The notes beneath the pieces were generated by a model. That model did not search any database, was not told the origin of the DNA, and saw only the letters and a program-made list of their open reading frames with translations. Both the position numbers and the translations under genes were made by a program. A stretch of DNA of 64,000 nucleotides from the NCBI GenBank assembly GCA_965242525.1, contig OZ251459.1, positions 4,032,001 to 4,096,000 of the forward strand. The letters are read 5' to 3'. Source of the DNA: an uncultured Candidatus Binatia bacterium (GTDB lineage Bacteria > Desulfobacterota > Binatia > UBA9968 > JAJDTQ01). Each line of letters opens with the position of its first letter. Position 1 is the first letter of the stretch. Of the stretch, positions 1-9,425 are shown piece after piece.

Positions 1-1
1 C

Positions 2-769
2 CAGGAGGTGCCCTACCAGATCGCGGTGGCCAAGGCCGCCAACACGCACTTCGCCAAGGAATACAACGCCCTGTCCGGCCGGCTGAGTTGCGTGGGGGTC
101 CTGCCCATGCGGGCGCCGGAGGAGGCGGCCCGGGAGCTGCGGCGCGCGGTCAACGACCTGGGCCTCAAGGGTTTCGAGATCCTCCCCACGGGGCTGCCCA
201 TCGCCCTGGGCGAGACCTTCTACGACCCCATCTACCGGGCGGCGGAGGAGGAAGGCGTGGTGCTCGGCGTGCACGGCACCCGCAACACGTCACGCGAGCT
301 CGGGGCGTCCATCCTCAGCACCTTTGCCGAGGTCCACTCCTACGCCTTTACCGCGGGGATCCTGCTCCAGTTCACCAGCATGGTGTGCCAGGGGATCACC
401 GAGCGGTTCCCCAGGCTCAAGCTCGCGTTCCTGGAGATCGGCGCCACTTGGCTTCCCTACTACCTGGACCGTCTCGACGAGCACTGGGAGAAACGCGGCG
501 CCCACGAGATGCCCCTGCTCGGGCGGAAGCCCAGCGACGTGGTGCGGGAGTCCGAAATGTACTTCAGCCTGGAGTCCGGCGAGTCGCAGCTTGCCGCCAC
601 CGTGGACTACCTGGGCAGCGACCACTTCGTCTATGCCTCGGACATCCCCCACTGGGACAACGAGTTCCCGGAGAACCTGCGCCATCTCCGGAACCACCCG
701 GACCTCTCGGACGAGGTCAAGGAGAAGATCCTCAGGAAGAACGCCCGGCGGCTGTTCGCCCTCGACTAG
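2..769 (+). CDS. Amidohydrolase family protein (Amidohydro_2, LigW/ACMSD-like); 5' partial
   Basis: Frame is open to the window edge; motifs LGVHG, RFPRLKLAFLEIGATWLPY, YASDIPHWD, KILRKNARRLF. Confidence 0.85.
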   Translation, partial: QEVPYQIAVAKAANTHFAKEYNALSGRLSCVGVLPMRAPEEAARELRRAVNDLGLKGFEILPTGLPIALGETFYDPIYRAAEEEGVVLGVHGTRNTSRELGASILSTFAEVHSYAFTAGILLQFTSMVCQGITERFPRLKLAFLEIGATWLPYYLDRLDEHWEKRGAHEMPLLGRKPSDVVRESEMYFSLESGESQLAATVDYLGSDHFVYASDIPHWDNEFPENLRHLRNHPDLSDEVKEKILRKNARRLFALD

Positions 770-841
770 CGGCCCGGATGCGATCCGGCGCCCCCGGCCC
801 TGCATCGAGGGGGAGGGCCGGGGCGAGGGGGGCGAAGCGCG

Positions 842-1885
842 TCAGTAGTTGAAGATCTCCTTCAGCGCCGCCTTGTTCTCCGCGGGGATGTCCACCATCC
901 TCTCCACCAGCGACTGGAGCTCCTTGCCGGGGAGCGGGTTGATCTGGATGCGCGCCTTCCTGGCGTCTTCGAGGAAGGCCGGGTCCTCCATCAGGCTGGC
1001 GAACGCCCGGCGCATGGTCTCCACCCGTTCCGGGGGCGCCCCGGGAGGCATGACCCAGGGGCGTCCCACGGACAACTGCCGGTTGTACACCTCCAGGAAG
1101 TCCTTCTTGTCCGGCCTGGCGAGGTCCGACGCCAGCGGCACGTCCGGCAGCGCGGGATGCTTCTCCCGACCGATCTGCACCAGGATACGGATGGACTCGT
1201 TGGCGAACCAGTCCGCCTTGAGCGCCCGCAGCGAGGCGTAGCCCCAACCGCAGATGCCGTCCGCCTCTCCCTTGTCCACCGCCAGGGCGGTGGCCATGAT
1301 GCCGCGGTAGCCGGAGGTGACCTCCATGCGGGTCCCCATCACGTCGTTGAGCATGAGCGGGACGATGAAGACGTCCGAGCGCGGCTGCGTGGCCGCCATC
1401 TTCACCGGCTTGGCGGCCTGCACAAGGTCTTCCGCCTTCCGGTACGGACTGTCGCTGCGGACGAAGCAGGAGGCGGTCTCCTGCACCGGCGTCCCGATCC
1501 AGTGGAACCGGACCGGATCGAACCGGGCCTGGGGAACGCCCAGGGCCTGGGTCAGCGGCAGGGTGCGATGGATCGCGCCGATGGTGAGACCGTCTCGCCT
1601 GGCGATGTTGTAGAGCCAGTTGGCGGCCACCATGCCCGATGCGCCGGGCATGTTCTTGACCACGATCCGGGGTTTCCCGGGGATATGCTTGGCCATGTGC
1701 CGCGCGGCGATGCGCGGGTAGCGGTCGTAGGACGTCCCCGCGTCCGCGGACACCACGATGACCACCTGCTTGCCCCTGTACGCGGACTCGTCGGCAAGGG
1801 CGCTCGACCAGAGGCATCCGAGCGCCGTGGAGACCGCGAGGAAATTGCGAAGCGACGTCATGCACCACCTCCTTTCATCGCCCAT
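842..1885 (-). CDS. Tripartite tricarboxylate transporter substrate-binding protein (Bug/TctC family)
   Basis: Signal-like N-terminus, VVKNMPGASGMVAANWLYNIARRDGLTIG, PPGAPPERVETMRRAF; adjacent to a TctA-like gene. Confidence 0.85.
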   Translation of the reverse strand: MGDERRWCMTSLRNFLAVSTALGCLWSSALADESAYRGKQVVIVVSADAGTSYDRYPRIAARHMAKHIPGKPRIVVKNMPGASGMVAANWLYNIARRDGLTIGAIHRTLPLTQALGVPQARFDPVRFHWIGTPVQETASCFVRSDSPYRKAEDLVQAAKPVKMAATQPRSDVFIVPLMLNDVMGTRMEVTSGYRGIMATALAVDKGEADGICGWGYASLRALKADWFANESIRILVQIGREKHPALPDVPLASDLARPDKKDFLEVYNRQLSVGRPWVMPPGAPPERVETMRRAFASLMEDPAFLEDARKARIQINPLPGKELQSLVERMVDIPAENKAALKEIFNY

Positions 1886-2008
1886 GGACCCCTGTATGGA
1901 CTCGGCCCCCGTTTGTCAAGGCGCGCGAGCCCGCCTTCGTCGAACCCTCGTGGGGACCTCCCGCTCCGGCGTCGCCCGGCAGGCGGACGGGCGACCTCCC
2001 GGCCCTTG

Positions 2009-4129
2009 CTATCCTCCCAGCCATTGCAGCACCACCTCCTGGGGCCATGCCGCGAGACCCTGGGGCCAGGGGATGCGGAGCGCGTAGTGGAACACCCCCA
2101 GCAGGAACGCCAGGGCCACCGCGGTATAGCCGAGGCGCGTCCACCACCGGGCGCGGGCGCGAAGGGCCAAGTACAGCCACAGGAACACCGGCACGCTCCA
2201 CAGGAAACCGATGATCCATATGGCCGCCAGGAGCGCCAGGATCCAGCCGAAGACGTCCGCGGCCCGGCGGGCCGCCACCGGGCCGGGGACGCCGCGCTCC
2301 GGCTCCAGGTCCATGATCCGGGCCGCGCCCTCCGGGGGCTCGCGGAACAGGTCCAGGGCCAGTTGCGCCGCGCACAGGACCAACGCCGTCAGGCCGATGA
2401 CCAGGGGGAACAGCCGCGCCTGGTCCGGCCACCCGCGGGCCGTGACCACCGCGCCAAGGACCGCTAGGAGGACCGCGAAGGTGAACCCGGCCGGCAGCCC
2501 GAGACGGAACCGGAGACCCGGCGCGGGCGTCTCCGGAACCGGATCGGCCGCGGCCGTGCCTCGCACGGGCGTCTCCGGAACGGGATCGGCCGCGGCTATG
2601 CCCCGTGCAGCCATCTTCGGAACCGGATCGGCCGCGGCCGCGCCCGGCCGGCCCCATTTGCGGCCGTACGCCAGACCGGCGACCATGAACGCGGCGATGG
2701 CCAGCACCATGGGGCGCAAGAGCCAGCTCGCGCCGTAGTGGCTGGCGGAGATGAAGAAGTAGTTCTCCAGCACGCTGCTCAGCACCAGCCCCAGGATGAG
2801 CGGCGGCCTCGGCCAGCCGAAGCGCTTCATGAGCCAACCCAGGGCGGCGAAGGAAACCAGCAGGAGCAGGTCGCCGAAGTGCCGCTTGGCCTGGAACGCG
2901 GCCAGGAACACCACCACGATCACCAGCGGGACCAGCAGGTGCGCCCGGACGCCGGCGAGCCGGGCCAGGGAGTTGGTGAGGAGCAGGCACAGGCCGGCGC
3001 CGAAGACGTTGGCGACGGCGATGCTCCACACCATGGTGTAGGTCACGTCCAGTCGTTTGGTGAGCATTTCGGGACCCGGGCTGATCCCCTGGATCAGGAA
3101 CACCCCGAGCAGTATGGCCATGGCGGCGCTGCCGGGCACGCCGAAGGCCAGGGTGGGGATCAGGGAGCCGCCCTCCTTGGCGTTGTTGGCGCTCTCCGGC
3201 GCGATGACGCCGCGCACGTCGCCCGTGCCGAAGGAGTCCCGGGCGCCGCGCTCGGTCTGGGCCGCGTGCCCGTAGGCGAACCAGTCCACCACCGCGCCTC
3301 CCAGACCCGGGGTGGCGCCCACCCACACGCCCACGGCGCTGGACCGAAGCACCAGGAACCAGTGGCGGAAGGCGTCCCGGACGCCCGCGCCCACGCCCCT
3401 CAGGGCGTCCTTGGGCACGTCGGCGACGCGCGCGCCGCGGACCGCCAAGTCCACCATCTCCGGGACCGCGAAGATCCCCAGGGCCACGGGCACCAGCGGC
3501 ACGCCCTCCCAGAGGTAGAGTTGGCCGAAGGTCCAACGCATCTCTCCCACCTGGTAGTCCATGCCGACCATGCCCACCATGAGGCCCAACGCTCCCACCA
3601 CCAGCCCCTTGAGGGGCGCGCTGCCGCTCAGCACCGCCACCATGGAGATGCCCAGCATCCCCATCATGAAGAACTCGGGAGCGCCGAAGGCGAGCACGAC
3701 GGGACGGAGGACCGGTATGGAGACGGCCAGGATCAGCGCCCCGAAGAGCCCTCCCATCATGGAGGCCGTGTAGGCGGCGCCAAAGGCCCGGCCCGCCTCT
3801 CCCCTCCGGGCCATGGGATGGCCGTCCAGGATGGTGGCCTGCGAAGCCGCGGTGCCGGGAACGCCGAAGAGCACCGACGGGATGGTGTCCGACGTGCTGG
3901 TCACCGAGATGAGACCCACCATGACGGCGAACGCGTTCACGGCGTCCAGGTCCAGGGTGAAGGGCAGCAGGATGGCGAGACCCACGAGGCCGCCGAGTCC
4001 CGGGACGGCCCCCAGGGAGAGGCCCATGACCACGCCCAGCAACAGGAAGGCCAGGCTCCGCGGGATCAGGTCGGCGAAACAGGGGCAACCGAATATGTTC
4101 TGGGCCGCGCTGAGGGCTGCATCCCACAT
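2009..4129 (-). CDS. Tripartite tricarboxylate transporter permease TctA with fused C-terminal TctB-like domain
   Basis: GVPGTAASQATILDGHPMA, GVIAPESANNAKEGGSLIPTLAFGVPG; likely start MWDAALSAAQ; the C-terminal TM domain resembles the standalone TctB at 53744-54289 (ARIMDL vs GQIMDL). Confidence 0.85.
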   Translation of the reverse strand: MWDAALSAAQNIFGCPCFADLIPRSLAFLLLGVVMGLSLGAVPGLGGLVGLAILLPFTLDLDAVNAFAVMVGLISVTSTSDTIPSVLFGVPGTAASQATILDGHPMARRGEAGRAFGAAYTASMMGGLFGALILAVSIPVLRPVVLAFGAPEFFMMGMLGISMVAVLSGSAPLKGLVVGALGLMVGMVGMDYQVGEMRWTFGQLYLWEGVPLVPVALGIFAVPEMVDLAVRGARVADVPKDALRGVGAGVRDAFRHWFLVLRSSAVGVWVGATPGLGGAVVDWFAYGHAAQTERGARDSFGTGDVRGVIAPESANNAKEGGSLIPTLAFGVPGSAAMAILLGVFLIQGISPGPEMLTKRLDVTYTMVWSIAVANVFGAGLCLLLTNSLARLAGVRAHLLVPLVIVVVFLAAFQAKRHFGDLLLLVSFAALGWLMKRFGWPRPPLILGLVLSSVLENYFFISASHYGASWLLRPMVLAIAAFMVAGLAYGRKWGRPGAAAADPVPKMAARGIAAADPVPETPVRGTAAADPVPETPAPGLRFRLGLPAGFTFAVLLAVLGAVVTARGWPDQARLFPLVIGLTALVLCAAQLALDLFREPPEGAARIMDLEPERGVPGPVAARRAADVFGWILALLAAIWIIGFLWSVPVFLWLYLALRARARWWTRLGYTAVALAFLLGVFHYALRIPWPQGLAAWPQEVVLQWLGG
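2525..2645. repeat. About 3 x 42-bp in-frame tandem repeat in the TctA-TctB linker
   Basis: Units at 2525, 2567, 2609 containing cggaaccggatcggccgcggc; peptide AAADPVP repeated three times. Confidence 0.85.
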
Positions 4130-4296
4130 GGCTTTCGAGGTCCCGGGACGCGAGCAGGGCGGCTCGGTGACGGAACGCCGCGGCCGCCCGCGCCTGACCG
4201 GAGACATTGCCACAAACGACGGCGGCGCACAAAACCGGCGCCCGCGGAGTTCCCTGGAGGGACGTCTGCTCGACACCGGCTCTCCCTCGGGAAAGC

Positions 4297-4336
4297 CCGT
4301 CCTTCGACTTCGCTTCGCTAGGCTCGGGACGAACGG
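4297..4336. repeat. Dispersed REP-like repeat family 2 (ccttcgacttcgcttcgctacgctcaggacgaacgg)
   Basis: Near-identical copies at 6515-6553(-), 6811-6983 (tandem), 16411-16449(-), 56895-56933(-), 59719-59757(+), all intergenic. Confidence 0.85.
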
Positions 4337-4447
4337 CGTGGTTGTCCGGGGTTCCCTTGCGATTTCGTTCCGGTTGCCCTAGTCCTATGGCGAGACGCGG
4401 ACCCCGCAGCGGACGTTCCGCTGCTCCACATCGGACGAGGGGGGAAC

Positions 4448-4870
4448 ATGGGCATCGCAGCCATCGATCATTGGGTCCTCGTGGTCCGGGACCTGGAGGA
4501 GACCTTCGCGTTCTACCGGAAGCTCGGCCTCGACGCGGGCTGGCAGGAGCGGCCGGGCGGACGAGGGAAGCGGCCCATCGTCCGCATCAGCGAGACCCAG
4601 AAGCTGAACTTGTACGTGGCGGACCGCTACGAGACCGAGAGCCCGACCCACGCGCCCCACTACGCCACGGGGGCCGCGGACTTCTGCCTGCGGTGGGAAG
4701 GGACCGTGAGGGAAGCGCAGACTTTCCTGGAACGGGCCGGGGTTCCCGTCATCTCGGGTCCGGTGGAGCGCACCGGCTCCCGGGGAGTGGGCGTGAGCCT
4801 GTATTTCCGCGACCCCGACGACAACCTGATCGAGCTGATGACCTACGGCGACCCCGAGTACGCCCCATAA
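4448..4870 (+). CDS. VOC family (glyoxalase/bleomycin resistance) protein
   Basis: IDHWVLVVRDLEETFAFY and SLYFRDPDDNLIEL motifs. Confidence 0.9.
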   Translation: MGIAAIDHWVLVVRDLEETFAFYRKLGLDAGWQERPGGRGKRPIVRISETQKLNLYVADRYETESPTHAPHYATGAADFCLRWEGTVREAQTFLERAGVPVISGPVERTGSRGVGVSLYFRDPDDNLIELMTYGDPEYAP

Positions 4871-4923
4871 ACCCGATGACGGATGCGGGCGGGACGCCCG
4901 CGCTCCCGGGGAACGCCCCCCGC

Positions 4924-6126
4924 CTACGCCGCCTCTGGGCGCGGGCCGACGGTGACGGGGCCCGGCCGGTAGAGGGGTTGGCGGATCCCGGACTCGTCCA
5001 CGTCGAGCTTGTAGAGCCCGACCGCGTTGTCCATGAGGATCTTCTTGCGCTCCTCCGCGGACTCCACGTCCTGCAGCGAATGGGTCCTGCACCACACGGA
5101 CTTGGGCCACGTGGTGGTGCCGTGGGGGTAGTCCACCGAGTAGAGGATCTTGTCCACGCCGATCTCGTCGCGGCTCCGGATGCCGTGGCGCTCGTGCCAG
5201 AAGGTGCTCCACATGTTGGACCGGAACACCTCGCCGGGCTTCCGGGTGAGGCTGGTGTGGTCGGCCACCCTGCGCTCCTCGAACTCGTGGTCCAGCTCTT
5301 CCAGCAGGTACGGCAGCCAGCCCACGCCGCTCTCGACGCTGATGGCCTTGAGCCTGGGGAACCGCTCGAACACGCCCGAATACAGGATGTTGGAGACGAT
5401 CTCCATGTGGCTCACGAAAGTCATGGAGACCCGCAGGGCGAACTGGGCGCTCCCTTCCAGCGAATCCCACGCCGGCAAGGCGGGCAGCGCGGTGGAGTGC
5501 AGGCACAGGGGCACGTCCAGGTCGCAGCACGCCTGGTACACCGGATGCCAGTAGGGGTCGTTGAAGTGCTTCAGCCCCAGCACGTGGGGGGCGCCGTGCC
5601 ACACCAGCGCCTTGTGGCCGCGTTTCACCGCGCGATGGATCTCGGCCACGCACAGGTCCACGTCCCACATGGGGGTGACGCACTGGGCCACGAACCTGGG
5701 CGAGTAGTCCTGCCACTCTTCGATGAGCCAGTCGTTGTACGCCCGGATGCAGGCCAGTCGGAACTCCTCGCTGCCCTCCTTCTGGAAGTTCTGGTTGGTG
5801 ATGCCGATGACGTTGGGGAAGAGCACCGTGGCGTCCAGCTCCTCCTGGTCCAGGACCTTGAGGCGCTCCGACGCCACGTAGGTGGAGGGAGGCACGTCGT
5901 CCCAGGTGCGCACGTCGGGGTTGACGCCCGCGACCCGGGCCAGACCGCCGAACCCCTTGTTGTCGCCGCCCAGGACCCAAGTCTGGCTGCCGTCCGGCAG
6001 GTCCACGATGTGCGGGATGTCGTCGCCGAACCTGGCTTTGGACATGCGGTTGGTCCAGACGTCGGGCGCCTCCTGGATGTGGTCGTCCGCGGAGACGACG
6101 CCGTATTTCATCTTCAGGGTCGCCAT
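4924..6126 (-). CDS. Amidohydrolase family protein (Amidohydro_2)
   Basis: SADDHIQE, RAYNDWL, LCLH, ERFPRLKAISVESGVGW, YSVDYPH; likely start MATLKMK. Confidence 0.88.
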   Translation of the reverse strand: MATLKMKYGVVSADDHIQEAPDVWTNRMSKARFGDDIPHIVDLPDGSQTWVLGGDNKGFGGLARVAGVNPDVRTWDDVPPSTYVASERLKVLDQEELDATVLFPNVIGITNQNFQKEGSEEFRLACIRAYNDWLIEEWQDYSPRFVAQCVTPMWDVDLCVAEIHRAVKRGHKALVWHGAPHVLGLKHFNDPYWHPVYQACCDLDVPLCLHSTALPALPAWDSLEGSAQFALRVSMTFVSHMEIVSNILYSGVFERFPRLKAISVESGVGWLPYLLEELDHEFEERRVADHTSLTRKPGEVFRSNMWSTFWHERHGIRSRDEIGVDKILYSVDYPHGTTTWPKSVWCRTHSLQDVESAEERKKILMDNAVGLYKLDVDESGIRQPLYRPGPVTVGPRPEAA

Positions 6127-6287
6127 GGGGTCCCTCGTGCGCCTGCGTTCCCGTCGCCGATCCTTCCGCCTCGGAGCGGACCGCGCCAAGCCGGGGCCGA
6201 ATCTACTATCGCCCCCTGACCGCTGTCAATCCGGGACCGCCGTACCCACCCTGACCCTCCCCCTCAAGGGGGGAAGGAATCGGAGGT

Positions 6288-6733
6288 GGCTCTTCCGGCT
6301 TTCGTGTGGGTAAGGCAGGATGGAAAGGGGAGCGACAGGGATCACGCCGTCATTCCCGCAGCCGCCCACTCCGTCATTCCCGCGAAAGCATGTCCTCGCG
6401 GAAGCGGGGGCGGGAATCCAGCCATTTTGTACAACGAGGTAGAGAAAAGGAACCTCTGAACAATCGAAAGATCCAGGATGGATTCCCGATTCCCTCACCC
6501 TGACGCCCCTATTTCCGTTCGTCCTGAGCGTAGCGAAGCGGAGTCGAAGGACGTGCTCGTGCCCCCTGTACGGATTGTTCAGAGGTTCCAAAAGTGGATT
6601 CCCGCTTTCGCGGGAATGACGGAGTGGGGCGTCCGCGACGCCAAACCGAAAACGGCATGGTCGGAACAGGAAGGAAGCTAACCTCATCGTGTGCGTGGGG
6701 AGTGTCACAATCCACACGAATTCCTGAAGAGCC
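6288..6733 (+). mobile_element. Non-autonomous element (MITE-like) copy A with ISL3-like terminal inverted repeats and internal REP palindromes
   Basis: Left end GGCTCTTCCGGCTTTCGTGTGG, right end (revcomp) GGCTCTTCAGGAATTCGTGTGG; flanks tcggaggt / tccgaggt (8 bp, 1 mismatch); internal inverted gtcattcccgcgaaagc...gggaatcc palindromes. Confidence 0.75.
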
Positions 6734-6810
6734 TCCGAGGTTTTCCCGGCGCATCCTGAAGTTCTCCGGTTCGGAACCTCTGGACGATCGGGACGGGGGC
6801 ATGAGCGCGT

Positions 6811-6983
6811 CCTTCGACTCCGCTTCGCTACGCTCAGGACGAACGGGGGGGACTTCGCTTCGCTACGCTCAGGATGAACGGGAGGACTCCGCTTCGCTAC
6901 GCTCAGGACGAGCGGGAGGACTCCGCTTCGCTATGCTCAGGACGAACGGGAGGACTTTGCTTCGCTACGATCAGGATGAACGG
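6811..6983 (+). repeat. Five head-to-tail ~34-bp units of REP family 2, with no unique spacers
   Basis: gactccgcttcgctacgctcaggacgaacgggag x5 with small variations; together with 6986-7026 it forms an inverted repeat of 6472-6558. Confidence 0.85.
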
Positions 6984-7061
6984 GGATAGGGGCGTCAGGG
7001 TGGGGGAATCGGGAATCCATCCTGGACCATCCCGGATGTCCCGATCGTTCGGAGGTTCCGT

Positions 7062-8372
7062 TCATAATTCCCGGGGCCGCAGTTCCCGGAGGCGCTCCGT
7101 GTCGAAGAAGCGGCGCAGGACGCGGCTCAGGTCGAAGGCGTCCTGGGCGCCGGCGAGTTCGCGGACCGAGTGCATGGCCCACTGGGGAGCGCCCACGTCC
7201 ACGGTCCGCACGCCGGTCTCGGCCGCGGCCAGGGGTCCGATGGTGCTGCCGCAGGGCATGTCGCTGCGCGCCGCGAACGTCTGCACGGGCACGCCCTCGT
7301 CTTCGGCCAGCCGGCGGAAGGCCGCGGCGGTCTCGCTGTTGGTGGCGTAGCGCTGGTTGGCGTTGACCTTGATGACCGGACCGCGGTTCAGCCGCGGTCC
7401 GTGGTTGTCGTCGTGCCGGTCGGCGAAGTTCGGATGGACGGCGTGGGCGTTGTCCACCGATACCAGCATGGAGCGGGACAGGGCCCGGTTGCGCTCTTCC
7501 GGGTCCGGCAGCAGGCGTTCCAGGACCTGCGTCAGCATGGGGCCGCGGGCGCCGGACGCGGTGGTGCTCCCCACTTCCTCGTGGTCGTGGCACGCCAGCA
7601 GCGCGCCGGTCCCGGGGCCTGCGTCCAGCAACGCCCGGAGGCCGGTGAAGCAGCTCAGCAGGTTGTCGAGCCGGGCCGACGCGAGGAACTCCCGGTCCAG
7701 TCCCACCAGGGCGGGCGGCTGGGTGTCGTAGAGCAGCAACTCGTAGTCCAGCACCCGGCCCACCTCCGCGCCGGCGTCCTCCTCCAGCCGCCGGCGCAGC
7801 AGCGCCTTCAAGCCGTCGCCGCGGCTCTCCCCCAGCACCGGCGGGAGGCAGGTCTGGGCGTTGACCGTGCGGTTCTCGTTGGCCTCCCGGTCCAGGTGGA
7901 TGGCGAGGCTGGGGATCACCGCAACGGGCCGGGCGAAGTCCACGAGACCGTGCGCGAGGGCGCCGCCGCGGTCGAGGTAGCTCACCCGTCCCGCCAGGGA
8001 CAGGTCCCGGTCGAACCACGGGTTCAGGAGCGCTCCGCCGTACACCTCCACCGCGAGTTGCAGGCATCCGTGCCGCTGCAACTCCGGCTCTGGCTTGACC
8101 TTGAGGCACGGCGAGTCCGTGTGGGCGCCCGCCATGCGAAGACCGCGCTCGGCGAGGGCGCCGCGGGCAGGCGCGGTCCAGGCGATGAGGGAGGAATCGT
8201 TGCGGGTGGTGAAGTAGCGCCCGTTGGGCTCCAGCCGCCAGGCGTCGGCCTCGGGCCGGTATCGGAAGCCGGCCTCCGACAGCCGCTGCGCCATCTCCCG
8301 GACCGCGTGGAAGGGCGTGGGCGACGAGGCCAGGAAGTCCATCAGTTCCCGGTTGAAGCGTTGCAGGTCCAT
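7062..8372 (-). CDS. apeB: M18 family aminopeptidase (ApeB-like aspartyl aminopeptidase)
   Basis: SPTPFHAV, GAHTDSP, WFDRDL, RLDNL, DHEEVGS, DNAHAVHPN, CGSTIGP, MHSVRE. Confidence 0.92.
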   Translation of the reverse strand: MDLQRFNRELMDFLASSPTPFHAVREMAQRLSEAGFRYRPEADAWRLEPNGRYFTTRNDSSLIAWTAPARGALAERGLRMAGAHTDSPCLKVKPEPELQRHGCLQLAVEVYGGALLNPWFDRDLSLAGRVSYLDRGGALAHGLVDFARPVAVIPSLAIHLDREANENRTVNAQTCLPPVLGESRGDGLKALLRRRLEEDAGAEVGRVLDYELLLYDTQPPALVGLDREFLASARLDNLLSCFTGLRALLDAGPGTGALLACHDHEEVGSTTASGARGPMLTQVLERLLPDPEERNRALSRSMLVSVDNAHAVHPNFADRHDDNHGPRLNRGPVIKVNANQRYATNSETAAAFRRLAEDEGVPVQTFAARSDMPCGSTIGPLAAAETGVRTVDVGAPQWAMHSVRELAGAQDAFDLSRVLRRFFDTERLRELRPREL

Positions 8373-8426
8373 GGTTCTTCGGGGCGCGGTGGAGGGCCGT
8401 GCGTCTCCGGGCCGCGGAGGCGCGGC

Positions 8427-9425
8427 TCAGGGCAGGCGGTATTCCCTCCGGGGGTTGGCCACCGCCACGAGTTCGACCGCGGCGGGGTCGAGGCCGGCCC
8501 GCTCCAGGCTCCCCAGGGGGTCCGGGTCGCCGGGCGGGAACGGCGCGTCGCCGCCCAGCAGGATGCGCTCGGTCCCCACCAGGTCCCGCAGGAACCCCAG
8601 CGCCTCCCGGCTGTGCACGATGCTGTCGTAGAGGAAGCGCCGGAGGTAGGCGCTGGGCGGGTGCGCCGCCCGGTCTCCGGTGGCGTTCCGGTCCGCGGCC
8701 TCGTGCATGCGGTCGAAACGGCCGATGAGGTAGGGCAGGCTCCCGCCCCCGTGGGACAACAACAGCCGGAGCCTGGGAAAGCGGTCGAGGGTCCCGCCCA
8801 GGATCAGGGAGCCCGCGGCCAGGGTGGTGTCCATGGTGTAGGCGCAGGTCTGGTTGAGGCTGAACTTCTCGGCCCTGGGCAGCGGCTGCGGCAGGGAAGG
8901 GTGGACGAAGACCGGCGCGTCCAGGGTCTCGCAGGCGCTCCAGAACTCGTTCAGGGGGACTTCCCCCAGGTTCCGTCCGTGGACGTTGGCGGTGACGATG
9001 ACGCCCGCGGCGCCGTTCCCCATCCCGCGCTCCAGCTCCCGGGCCGCTCCCGCGTCGTCGTCCAGGGGCGCGGAAGCCATCCACGAGAACCGCTCCGGAC
9101 GGGCCGCACACAACTCCGCGGTGGCGTCGTTCAGGATGCGGTGCCACGCGCGGCACTTGGCCGGGTCCATGCCGTAGCCGAAGACGTCGGTCCACACGGA
9201 CAGGACCTGCCGTTGCACCCGCTGCCCGTCCATCTCCCGGAGCCGGGCGTCCACGTCCAGCAGGCCGGGAAGGAAGGGGCGCACTTCCAGGCCGTGGTCG
9301 AACCGGCAGCAACGGGACCCGGGCGCCTTCTCCACCAGCGCGATGCCGAGGGCCGCGCCCTTGTCCGCCAGCGTCTCCAGGACCGCGGGGGGCACGAAGT
9401 GGGCGTGTACGTCAACCGCGGTCAC
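8427..9425 (-). CDS. Amidohydrolase family protein (ACMSD-like decarboxylase/hydratase)
   Basis: VDVHAH, VFVHP, LSHGGGSLPYLIGR, ILLGGDAPF. Confidence 0.88.
   Translation of the reverse strand: MTAVDVHAHFVPPAVLETLADKGAALGIALVEKAPGSRCCRFDHGLEVRPFLPGLLDVDARLREMDGQRVQRQVLSVWTDVFGYGMDPAKCRAWHRILNDATAELCAARPERFSWMASAPLDDDAGAARELERGMGNGAAGVIVTANVHGRNLGEVPLNEFWSACETLDAPVFVHPSLPQPLPRAEKFSLNQTCAYTMDTTLAAGSLILGGTLDRFPRLRLLLSHGGGSLPYLIGRFDRMHEAADRNATGDRAAHPPSAYLRRFLYDSIVHSREALGFLRDLVGTERILLGGDAPFPPGDPDPLGSLERAGLDPAAVELVAVANPRREYRLP

Noticed and set aside
6811-6983. Possible CRISPR array (repeats of about 34 bp)
   Set aside because: Units are head-to-tail with no unique spacers, the same unit is dispersed singly elsewhere, and no cas genes are present.
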